Shown here piece by piece: positions 55,032 through 64,000 of a stretch of 64,000 bases of DNA; within the stretch, counting starts at the first letter, position 1; every line of letters begins with the position of its first letter. Under the pieces are notes generated by a model that was not told the origin of the DNA, ran no database searches, and worked only from the letters and a program-made list of their open reading frames with translations. A program made the translations under genes and the position numbers. The DNA is from an uncultured cyanobacterium (lineage in GTDB: Bacteria; Cyanobacteriota; Cyanobacteriia; Cyanobacteriales; Cyanobacteriaceae), in assembly GCA_963749915.1 (NCBI GenBank), contig CAVVOP010000021.1, forward strand, positions 640,001 through 704,000, given 5' to 3'.

Positions 55032-57650
55032 ATGCAGCCCACAAATCCACAACAATTTACAGAAAAAGCATGGGAGGCTATCGTTAAAACTCCCGATATT
55101 GCTAAACAAAATCAACATCAACAAATTGAAAGCGAACACCTGTTAAAATCTCTTTTGGAACAAGAGGGATTAGCGGTTAATATCTTTAATAAAGCCAATA
55201 TAAGTGTACCTCGTTTACGGGATAAAGTTGATGAATTTATTAATCGTCAGGCTAAAATAAAAAACATTAGTGATTCCGTCTATTTGGGCAAAAGTTTAGA
55301 TACCCTTTTAGATAGGGCAGATAATTATAAAAAACAGTTTGGTGATGATTTTATTTCTATTGAGCATCTTATCTTAGGTTATGCACAAGATACTCGTTTT
55401 GGCAAGAATTTGTTGCAAGAATTTAACTTGGATGAAAGTAAATTAAAAACTATTATTAAAGATATTCGAGGTAGTCAAAAAGTGAGCGATCAAAACCCTG
55501 AAAATAAGTACGAATCTTTGGCCAAATATGGGCGAGATCTAACTGAATTAGCCAGGTTGGGAAAACTAGATCCTGTCATTGGTAGAGATGATGAAGTTCG
55601 CCGTACTATTCAAATTCTTTCCCGTCGTACGAAAAACAATCCCGTGTTAATTGGGGAACCAGGTGTCGGTAAAACTGCTATTGTGGAAGGGTTAGCTCAA
55701 CGTATTATTAACCGTGATGTACCAGAATCATTACTAGATCGCACCCTCATCGCTTTGGACATGGGATCATTAATTGCCGGGGCAAAATATCGAGGGGAAT
55801 TTGAGGAAAGACTAAAAGCCGTACTTAAGGAAGTTACGGAGTCTCAGGGTAATATTGTCCTTTTTATTGATGAAATTCACACCGTTGTAGGGGCCGGGGC
55901 GACTCAAGGGGCAATGGACGCAGGAAACCTTTTAAAACCCATGTTGGCACGGGGAGAATTGCGTTGTATTGGGGCGACGACCCTTGATGAGTACCGCAAG
56001 TATATCGAGAAAGATGCGGCGTTAGAGAGACGTTTTCAATCGGTGTTTGTGGGTGAGCCTAATGTTATCGATACTATATCTATTTTACGGGGTTTAAAAG
56101 AGCGTTATGAAGTTCATCACGGGGTGAAAATTGCCGATACTGCTTTAGTAGCGGCGGCAATGCTTTCTAATCGTTATATTTCTGATCGATTTTTGCCTGA
56201 CAAAGCCATCGATTTAGTAGATGAATCTGCTGCTAAATTGAAGATGGAAATAACTTCAAAACCAGAGGAATTAGACGAAGTTGATCGTAAAATTTTACAG
56301 TTGGAAATGGAACGTTTATCTCTGAAAAAAGAGGAGGATCAAGCATCTGTTGAAAGACGAGAAAAATTGGAGCAAGAATTAGCAAATTTGAGAGAACAAC
56401 AATCAGCTTTTAATGCTCAATGGCAAAGTGAAAAAGATATTATCGATCAAATTCGTAATTTACGAGAATCTTTGGAGAAAATTAACGTCGAAATTCAACA
56501 AGCGGAAAGAGATTATGACTATAATAAAGCCGCAGAGTTACGGTACGGAAAGTTAACGGATATTCAAAGACAAATTAAAGATCAAGAAGGTTTATTATCG
56601 GAAAAACAAACCAGCGGAAAATCTCTTTTACGGGAAGAAGTTGAAGAAACAGATATTGCTGAAATTATCTCCAAATGGACGGGTATTCCTATTAGTAAAT
56701 TAGTGGAATCTGAGAAGGAAAAATTATTACATCTTGAAGATCAACTTCACGAGCGAGTAATTGGACAAAATGAAGCCGTTACCGCCGTTTCTGAGGCAAT
56801 TCAACGCTCTCGTGCAGGTTTAGCCGATCCCAATCGCCCTACCGCTAGTTTTATCTTCCTAGGGCCTACGGGTGTAGGTAAAACCGAGTTAGCTAAAGCT
56901 TTAGCCGGAATACTCTTTGATACGGAGGAGGCCATCGTGCGCATAGACATGTCAGAATACATGGAAAAACATACTGTTTCCCGTTTAATGGGTGCGCCGC
57001 CGGGATATGTTGGCTATGAAGAAGGAGGACAACTCACCGAAGCCATCCGCCGAAGACCCTATTCTGTGGTGTTATTTGACGAAATCGAAAAAGCTCATCC
57101 TGATGTATTTAACGTCATGTTGCAGATTTTGGACGATGGGCGCTTAACGGATTCTCAAGGCCGCACTGTTGATTTTACTAATACTATCATCATCATGACC
57201 AGTAACATCGGTTCTCAGTATATCCTTGATTTAGCAGGGGATAACTCGAAATATGAAGAAATGCGTGGTCGGGTAATGGAGGCGATGCGCGGTAGTTTTC
57301 GCCCTGAATTTCTCAACCGTATTGACGAGATTATCATCTTCCATAGCCTCGAAAAATCCGAACTCCGAGATATTGTTAAAATCCAAGTAGCATTTTTAGA
57401 AACTCGTTTAGATGAGCAAAAATTAGCCCTCAAAATATCTGATGGTGCCCTAGATTTTCTCGCTGAAATTGGTTATGATCCTGTTTATGGTGCAAGACCT
57501 TTGAAACGGGCCATACAACGATATTTAGAAACTGCGATGGCCAAAGCTATTTTAAAAGGGGAATTCAAGGATGGTGACACAATTTTTGTGGATGTGGAAG
57601 ACGAAAGATTGAGCTTGAAACGGCTTCCTGTAGAACTTTTGAGTAAATAA
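55032..57650 (+). CDS. clpB: ATP-dependent chaperone ClpB
   Basis: Two AAA+ modules ([16 protein letters not shown]) and a coiled-coil middle domain. Confidence 0.97.
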   Translation: MQPTNPQQFTEKAWEAIVKTPDIAKQNQHQQIESEHLLKSLLEQEGLAVNIFNKANISVPRLRDKVDEFINRQAKIKNISDSVYLGKSLDTLLDRADNYKKQFGDDFISIEHLILGYAQDTRFGKNLLQEFNLDESKLKTIIKDIRGSQKVSDQNPENKYESLAKYGRDLTELARLGKLDPVIGRDDEVRRTIQILSRRTKNNPVLIGEPGVGKTAIVEGLAQRIINRDVPESLLDRTLIALDMGSLIAGAKYRGEFEERLKAVLKEVTESQGNIVLFIDEIHTVVGAGATQGAMDAGNLLKPMLARGELRCIGATTLDEYRKYIEKDAALERRFQSVFVGEPNVIDTISILRGLKERYEVHHGVKIADTALVAAAMLSNRYISDRFLPDKAIDLVDESAAKLKMEITSKPEELDEVDRKILQLEMERLSLKKEEDQASVERREKLEQELANLREQQSAFNAQWQSEKDIIDQIRNLRESLEKINVEIQQAERDYDYNKAAELRYGKLTDIQRQIKDQEGLLSEKQTSGKSLLREEVEETDIAEIISKWTGIPISKLVESEKEKLLHLEDQLHERVIGQNEAVTAVSEAIQRSRAGLADPNRPTASFIFLGPTGVGKTELAKALAGILFDTEEAIVRIDMSEYMEKHTVSRLMGAPPGYVGYEEGGQLTEAIRRRPYSVVLFDEIEKAHPDVFNVMLQILDDGRLTDSQGRTVDFTNTIIIMTSNIGSQYILDLAGDNSKYEEMRGRVMEAMRGSFRPEFLNRIDEIIIFHSLEKSELRDIVKIQVAFLETRLDEQKLALKISDGALDFLAEIGYDPVYGARPLKRAIQRYLETAMAKAILKGEFKDGDTIFVDVEDERLSLKRLPVELLSK

Positions 57651-57698
57651 GAAGAGAGTGGGTATTGTCGAGTTTTCTCGATGATTGCCCACCTCGAA

Positions 57699-59312
57699 TT
57701 ATGTTTTTGTTTTTTCGTTGTCAATGGTTTTGAGATGTTTGCTCAAAGTTTCTTCTGTTAACGCTGTTTTTAGATGTTGCCAGGGCAAAATTTCTCCTAT
57801 TTGCCAATTTTCATGGACATAATAGTCTAAACTTGGTATTTCTCCTTTTAACTCTTTAAATGCCCGTTTATAACTGCCCAGGCTATCCCCATAATTACGG
57901 GTTAATTCTAACAACTTACTCAAACGGCGATCGCCACGGGAAATAAGAGCTTGAATAACTGACCAATTATAGCTTTCAGGACGAAAATTAACGTCTATTT
58001 TCCGCAAATTTTTCTCTAAATATTGCAATCTTTTTTTGCTGTGAGGGTTAACTCCAAACCATTGAAAGGGAGTATGAGATTTTGGGACAAAAGTACTGCA
58101 TCCGAGGGTTACTTTCAATTTCGGGGCGGCTTTTTTTACCTGTGCCATCATATCAATGGTAGCATCAATATCTTCTAAATCTTCTTGGGGTAAGCCTACC
58201 ATGCCATAAAATTTTATCGCCTTTAAACCCCCAGCTTGGGCATTGATAGCCGCTTCGATTATTTCATCATTTTCGAGCTTTTTATTGATTAATCGCCTAA
58301 TTTTAGCAGAGCCGCTTTCAATAGCTATGGTTATGGAGCGAGTATCCCGTTTTTTGAGAAATTCCGCCAATTTTGCCGTGACAGTATTAGTTCTTACGGA
58401 GGCGAGACTAACCCGTATATTATCGAATTTTGATTGAGATAAATAGTCGATTAAAGAGTCAAATTCAGGGTGTTGAGTGACGGATGCGCCCAATAAACCC
58501 AGGCGATTAGTAACTTTTAAGCCTCTTTCAATGGCAGGAATTAAAGAAGCCTCTAAACTAGCCGTGCGAAAGGGTAAAGTGAGATAACTAGCCAAACAAA
58601 AACGGCACATTTCCGGGCAACTTCTCACCACTTCCACCATATAGATGTTTTCCCAGGCAGCTTTTTCTGTAACTACCATTGAGGCAGATAAAACATTCCC
58701 CCTATAAGTTTGTTTTTCTACTCTGTCAGGAGTGGGATCATTAATAGGTTTAATATTGTTAATTTTGCCATCTTTTTCTTGATAGTTAATTTCGTATAAA
58801 CTAGGGATATAAATGCCTTTTGTTTGAGATAAATTATTTAATTTTGTTAGGCGATCATTTTGCCTAACTCGTTGGTAACTATCGATAAAAGTGCCGATTA
58901 AATTTTCCCCATCACCTAGTAAAATAACATCAAAAAAATCGGCAAAAGGTTCGGGATTAGCCGTAAAAACAGGACCGCCGCCAAAAATTAACGGATGATT
59001 TTCATTTCTATCTTTAGCATAAATAGGAACTTTTAAAAACTCTAGTAAATTGAGAATATTAGTATAATCTAATTCCCAAGAAAAAGAAAAACCTACCAAT
59101 TCGGGATCTCGTGGTAGACTTTCATGGATATCTGTAAATAAACGACTAACTACCACATCCTTTCTTAAGGAAAAATTAGCCCATACTAATTGATAACCTA
59201 AGCTAGTGATACCCACAGTATATTCATTAGGAAAAGCAAAAATTAAAGGGATGGGATTAAGGTTTTTTCGTACGGGGGTAAATAGTAATTTTTCTTGAGC
59301 AAAAAGATTCAT
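57699..59312 (-). CDS. B12-binding domain radical SAM protein
   Basis: EVVRSCPEMCRFC (CxxxCxxC) and FGGGP motifs. Confidence 0.9.
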   Translation of the reverse strand: MNLFAQEKLLFTPVRKNLNPIPLIFAFPNEYTVGITSLGYQLVWANFSLRKDVVVSRLFTDIHESLPRDPELVGFSFSWELDYTNILNLLEFLKVPIYAKDRNENHPLIFGGGPVFTANPEPFADFFDVILLGDGENLIGTFIDSYQRVRQNDRLTKLNNLSQTKGIYIPSLYEINYQEKDGKINNIKPINDPTPDRVEKQTYRGNVLSASMVVTEKAAWENIYMVEVVRSCPEMCRFCLASYLTLPFRTASLEASLIPAIERGLKVTNRLGLLGASVTQHPEFDSLIDYLSQSKFDNIRVSLASVRTNTVTAKLAEFLKKRDTRSITIAIESGSAKIRRLINKKLENDEIIEAAINAQAGGLKAIKFYGMVGLPQEDLEDIDATIDMMAQVKKAAPKLKVTLGCSTFVPKSHTPFQWFGVNPHSKKRLQYLEKNLRKIDVNFRPESYNWSVIQALISRGDRRLSKLLELTRNYGDSLGSYKRAFKELKGEIPSLDYYVHENWQIGEILPWQHLKTALTEETLSKHLKTIDNEKTKT

Positions 59313-59599
59313 ATAAATAATAAAAAGTCTATGTGTTAAGAAAACTTTTAATCATCTTAACAAAATTAAGCAACCTAAAGATCTATCCCAAAGCTAATTC
59401 AATAGAGTGGGAATTTTTGCCTTTTTCGAAGTTATTGGAGTCTATTCAGATTCCGATTTGTCACTTAAACAAGGACGAAAATAGAGATAAAATAAAGTAC
59501 CAATTAAAGGGGTAAAAGTTATTAAAAAATCTAAACTCATAACGCGAATAAATTTACAGGTAGAGATTTTTTCCAGAAAATTACCCTTACTGATTTTTA

Positions 59600-59615
59600 A
59601 GATGCGTTTGCCCTG
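59600..59615. mobile_element. Lone TIR of the CAGGGCAAACGCATCT family
   Basis: Identical to the end of the 46864-46989 MITE. Confidence 0.6.
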
Positions 59616-60180
59616 ACTGGATGGATGCTCTAGCTCCCAAGAGGAGAATATGCTAACTTTTCAGTCATGATGATTTGTCAAGGGGGTAACAGAAATTTTT
59701 TCTTGGGGATTAGGAATTAGGGATTGGGTGAGATGGAGATATTCCCGCTTCGAAGGTCTCTGTGAGCTTTGGCTAGCCTTCCGGGGGGCATGAATGTCTC
59801 AACCGCTTAGGAATTAACAGCCAAAAAACAGCAGCCTCTTTCCCCTATTTTCTATTTCTTTAAGAGAAAAAAGTTTTTGCCAAGTGAGAATCTCTCCCTC
59901 ATGTAATCATTTATAATCACATAATACCCCAAGAAGGGATATAATTCATATTTTAATCAACGAGCTAGTCACTTCCTCTCGAAGGCTATCTGCACTAGCT
60001 AGAGAAGATAGATTGAATAATCCGCAACTCTCAGTCATTCGTGGTCACAGCCATGGCGGTGCCACCTTTTTCTCATTCGGAGTGGATTTGGCTGCACCGC
60101 CAACACGGACGACGTGGTCTATGGTGCATAGCTCACAGAAAAGTCAACGCGGTTACAGCATGAACGCGATGTGCAACTAA

Positions 60181-60462
60181 GGAATTAAGTGGGAATGTAA
60201 TTTAATCGAGTTTAATGGTGAATCAGACCATGTACATTTACTAATTGATTACAAGCCCGATATATCTTGATCTAAGTTGATTGCTAATCTTAAAACTGTA
60301 AGCAGTCGTTTGATTAGAGGAGATTTTCCTGAGTTAGCTAGTAAATATTTCTACAATAAACCTTATTTCTGGACAGGGGATTATTTTGTGGCAAGTTGTG
60401 GTGGTGTCACAGTTAATCAATTAAAAAAATATGTGGAGAATCAAAAAACTCCTCAAGAATAA
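60181..60462 (+). pseudogene. tnpA: IS200/IS605 TnpA fragment
   Basis: EFNGESDHVHLL (HUH), in-frame TGA at 60268, FWTGDYFVASCGG...YVENQ; hairpin at ~60471-60495. Confidence 0.85.
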
Positions 60463-61185
60463 GGATAAGCTCAGACGCACCTAAGCTGCGTTTGTATAAC
60501 CCACAATCCCTTTTTATGCCTAATCCAAGGATGTAAATAGCTTGAAATCGATCTATAAATATAAAATTTTAAAAAAGTTACACAAGATACTTGACTTTTC
60601 TTTAGACCAATATTAACATGTTCTAATATATGTTAAGCATTTTTACTTAATCATTGTTACTTATTAAATTAAAGTGCCTATGGCAAATCATTAAATATAG
60701 TCAGAAATAAGACGACTTGAAATAAAAAGGATAGACCTCGTGCAGCAAACATTTAGTCTATCCCCTTACCTTCCTTGCTTCCGAATCAAAATAAATCAAA
60801 AACAAGTTCGAAGTGTTTTCCTACCATAGCACTTAATGCATAATTGTGTCAAATTTTTGTGGATCTTTCGCAATTGTTAGATCTTTTGCTTGGGGGTCTC
60901 ATAAATTACCCCATAGCAGGTCATAAATTTTGACTTGAGGAATTTATTGGCATAATTTGGGATTTTTTTAGATTTTGGAGCAAGACTATCTTCCATTATC
61001 GTCTCCAAATGGCGATGACATCAAGATCCCCTGCTGAAAAGGGATCTCGTTTTAATTTATTACAGGTCTTAGCTTCAATTAGCTTAAAAAATGAACTTTG
61101 TAGTACTTATAGTTGCGAGGCTCGATTCACCTAAGTGGTGGGGTCAAATAGCAATCAATCCTTTAATTATCTTACTCATGAAACC

Positions 61186-63027
61186 ATGTTGACTTATTTA
61201 GAGTCTTTCCTCAAGCTATCAGGAAAGGAGCTATCCTTTGTAGATCTCTTAAACCATCGAGTACAGAATCAACCCGACCAAATAGTTTATACCTTTCTTC
61301 ATCGTGGAGAAACAGAAGCGTATAAGCTGACTTACGGGGAATTAGATTTCAAAGCACGAGCCATCGCCGCTCGGCTACAATCTTGTCAAGCTCAAGGGGA
61401 ACGAGCTTTGCTATTATATCCCCCTGGACTGGATTTCATTACCGCTTTTTTGGGCTGTTTGTACGCCTCTGTCATTGCGGTTCCTGCTTATCCCCCTAGA
61501 CCTAACCAAAAATTGACTCGATTACAGGCGATTGTCGCCGATGCACAACCAAAAGTAATTCTTACCACTAGCTCCCTGTTAGATAAGATAGAGCATCGTT
61601 TTAATCTCGATAGTACCATAGCGGTAGATCACTGGTTGGCTACGGACAATCTTAACCATGAGTTGGCATCACATTGGCAGAAACCAGTGATCAGTAGCGA
61701 TAATCTTGCCTTTCTCCAGTACACTTCTGGTTCAACGGGAAACCCTAAAGGTGTAATGGTCAGTCATGGAAATCTGTTGCACAATTCAGAGACAATTTAT
61801 CAGGCCTTTGGGCATACCCCCGAAAGTCGAGGAGTCATTTGGTTGCCACCCTATCATGACATGGGCTTAATTGGCGGTATTCTTCAGCCTCTATATGGAG
61901 GTTTTCCAGTGATCTTTATGTCACCAGTGGACTTTCTACAGAAGCCTTTGCGGTGGCTCAAGGCAATTTCTCACTATCGTGCTACTACCAGTGGCGGACC
62001 AAATTTTGCCTACGATCTTTTGATTCGCAAAGTGACTCCCGAACAGTTGGAGAGCTTGGATCTCAGTAGTTGGGAATTGGCTTTTACTGGGGCTGAACCT
62101 GTCCGTGCTGAGACACTAGAAAAGTTTGCCTGCACTTTTGCACCCTGTGGCTTCCGTAAAGAAGCATTTTTCCCTTGCTATGGAATGGCAGAAACGACTT
62201 TAATAGTTAGTGGAGGATTGAAATCGGCTACTCCTGTCATTGAGCAAGTAGAAAAAATAGCTCTTGAACAAAAGCAAATAATAGTAACCAAAGACGAAGA
62301 AGATTCTCGCAAAATTGTCGGTTGCGGTCAGAGCCTCCCAGGTCTAAATATAGTGATTGTTGATCCCCAATCTTCGACCTTAGTTCCCCATAACCAAGTA
62401 GGAGAAATTTGGATATCTGGTTCTAGTGTCACTCGGGGCTACTGGAACAAATCGGAGGAGACCCAGGAATCTTTTCATGGTTATTTAGCCGATACTAGAG
62501 AGGGTCCGTTTCTGCGTACGGGGGATTTGGGTTGCTTACAAAATGGGGAGTTATTCATCACCGGACGAATCAAAGATACAATTATCATTGGCGGTCAAAA
62601 TTATTATCCCCAGGATATTGAACTAACAGTTGAGAACAGCCATCCGGCTCTGCGTCCGAATTGTGGAGCGGCGTTTGCTGTAGACATAAAAGGTTCAGAA
62701 AGACTCGTGATCGTTCACGAAGTCAAACGTAGCTACCTGCGAAAGTTAGACGTTAAAGAGGTAGTTGACAATATCCGTCAGGCTATCACCGCAGAATACA
62801 ATTTGCGAATCTATGCCACAGTTTTGGTCAAAACTGGGAGTATCCCTAAAACATCGAGTGGCAAAATTCAGCGTCATGCCTGTAAAGCTGGATTTCTTAC
62901 GGCTAGTTTGAATGTAGTGGGAGACTGGAGCGAAAATCCCCGCCACAAAACCTCTTTTTTGCATCTTCAAGCTGAAGTTGAATCTATCTTAAAAAAGCTT
63001 GAGATGGTCCAACAATCACCCAAGTAA
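61186..63027 (+). CDS. Fatty acyl-AMP ligase (FAAL)
   Basis: AFLQYTSGSTGNPKG, WLPPYHDMGL, CYGMAE, IPKTSSGKIQR; ATG 61186 preferred over GTG 61135. Confidence 0.93.
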   Translation: MLTYLESFLKLSGKELSFVDLLNHRVQNQPDQIVYTFLHRGETEAYKLTYGELDFKARAIAARLQSCQAQGERALLLYPPGLDFITAFLGCLYASVIAVPAYPPRPNQKLTRLQAIVADAQPKVILTTSSLLDKIEHRFNLDSTIAVDHWLATDNLNHELASHWQKPVISSDNLAFLQYTSGSTGNPKGVMVSHGNLLHNSETIYQAFGHTPESRGVIWLPPYHDMGLIGGILQPLYGGFPVIFMSPVDFLQKPLRWLKAISHYRATTSGGPNFAYDLLIRKVTPEQLESLDLSSWELAFTGAEPVRAETLEKFACTFAPCGFRKEAFFPCYGMAETTLIVSGGLKSATPVIEQVEKIALEQKQIIVTKDEEDSRKIVGCGQSLPGLNIVIVDPQSSTLVPHNQVGEIWISGSSVTRGYWNKSEETQESFHGYLADTREGPFLRTGDLGCLQNGELFITGRIKDTIIIGGQNYYPQDIELTVENSHPALRPNCGAAFAVDIKGSERLVIVHEVKRSYLRKLDVKEVVDNIRQAITAEYNLRIYATVLVKTGSIPKTSSGKIQRHACKAGFLTASLNVVGDWSENPRHKTSFLHLQAEVESILKKLEMVQQSPK

Positions 63028-63116
63028 ATACAAACAATAAAAGCAGTTTAGCAAAACTGTCAATATTTTTTGGTTCTAAGCCATTATTAACCATTAACTT
63101 AAATCAAGGAGTAACT

Positions 63117-63386
63117 ATGAACCTTCAGACTCTTACTGTAAAAGACAAAGAGATATCTGCTACAGAGATTCAAGATTGGATCGTCACCTATTTAGGAGAA
63201 TTACTGGAAGTAGATCCCGACGACATTGATGTCACCATTCCTTTCGATCGCTACGGTTTGGATTCTTCAGCCGCAGTCGGTTTGACGGGCGACTTGGAAG
63301 ACTGGCTAGGCAAAGAGATAGATCCGACTCTACTCTACGATTACCCAACCGTTGAGGCTTTGGTTCAACATTTAAGTCAGCATTAA
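63117..63386 (+). CDS. Acyl carrier protein
   Basis: FDRYGLDSS...PTLLYDYPT; AAGGAG RBS. Confidence 0.93.
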   Translation: MNLQTLTVKDKEISATEIQDWIVTYLGELLEVDPDDIDVTIPFDRYGLDSSAAVGLTGDLEDWLGKEIDPTLLYDYPTVEALVQHLSQH

Positions 63387-63473
63387 GCTGTCTATCATCA
63401 AATTCTCACAAAATCAATACCCTAGATGAGGTTAATAATTCTCAATTTACGATGACACTTACAGGAGAACTTT

Positions 63474-64000
63474 ATGACGGTTACCATTAAACCATCTACG
63501 ATAAAACAACAATTTTCCACTTACAGTGAGAGAAAAACTAACAAACATCTCAAACTGATTGAAACCACTTATCGCAGTAATACATCTTCCGACTACACTG
63601 AAAAAATTGAGGAGTTGACCAATAACTTCAACTACAACAGTAATAGTGGTAGTTATTGGAGTGAGCCTAGGCAGTCAATGCTATATGGTAGTCCACTCTA
63701 CGAAGTGGCCTCTCCCTCACAGAAGTTAGCCCTCAATCACCTTCACTGGTTTGCCAACTATAACTATATCTCTAATTCCGAAGCGGAAACCGTTATTTTC
63801 AACCAGATCACATCTAGCGTTTTTGAAGCGATCGGCGGTTACCAAACTCTCTCTAAGGAGTTAGCCATGGAAACAGAACAAGAATATTGCCACATCAAAG
63901 CTTTTCGCAAAATAGGTTTAATGACGGCAAAGGCTCTTATAGGCAAGGAAGGACTTAATAAACTCCTCAAATGGAACTCCTACAAATTAGTTTTAGGACA
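63474..64000 (+). CDS. CylC/AurF-like dimetal-carboxylate halogenase (partial, runs off the window)
   Basis: Translated by hand: YWSEP...LYGSPLYEVASPSQKLALNHL-x-W...EAETVIFNQIT...ETEQEYCHIKAF; AGGAG RBS; absent from the ORF track. Confidence 0.8.
   Translation, partial: MTVTIKPSTIKQQFSTYSERKTNKHLKLIETTYRSNTSSDYTEKIEELTNNFNYNSNSGSYWSEPRQSMLYGSPLYEVASPSQKLALNHLHWFANYNYISNSEAETVIFNQITSSVFEAIGGYQTLSKELAMETEQEYCHIKAFRKIGLMTAKALIGKEGLNKLLKWNSYKLVLG

Noticed and set aside
59738..59825. SRP RNA (ffs)
   Set aside because: CCGGAAGG is present, but the flanking CAGG and AGCAG internal-loop bases are not.

Overview
AT-rich cyanobacterial chromosome (HIP1 GCGATCGC sites, heptamer STRR repeats; Geminocystis/Cyanobacterium-like by composition, which is an inference). 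Core genes (hisA, pntA, rpmG-rpsR, lysA-cdaA, xfp, clpB, etc.) alternate with four accessory zones. (1) 1-11 kb: an apparently imported, HIP1-dense N-ATPase operon in permuted order (atpR-B-E-F-A-G-D-C-Q) with a frameshifted atpD, flanked by IS remnants and a truncated integrase. (2) 32-42 kb: nested IS/MITE debris including a TIR-bounded element carrying a ZIP-transporter fragment, a HigBA toxin-antitoxin pair and a RAYT/REP patch. (3) 46.7-54.7 kb: a group II intron remnant, then tandemly amplified small secreted proteins with curlin-like G-x-x-N-x-x-x-Q motifs, each behind an ECF-sigma-type promoter, ending in a large Calx-beta/DUF4114 protein with the same motifs. (4) 61-64 kb: the start of a FAAL-ACP-CylC-type halogenase gene cluster. 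The best-supported novelty is a 555-bp transposase-free mobile cassette (two copies) that encodes only a four-helix-bundle protein; one copy has a 10-bp target duplication and three empty-site copies lie next to it. All family calls come from motif recognition by eye, without database searches.
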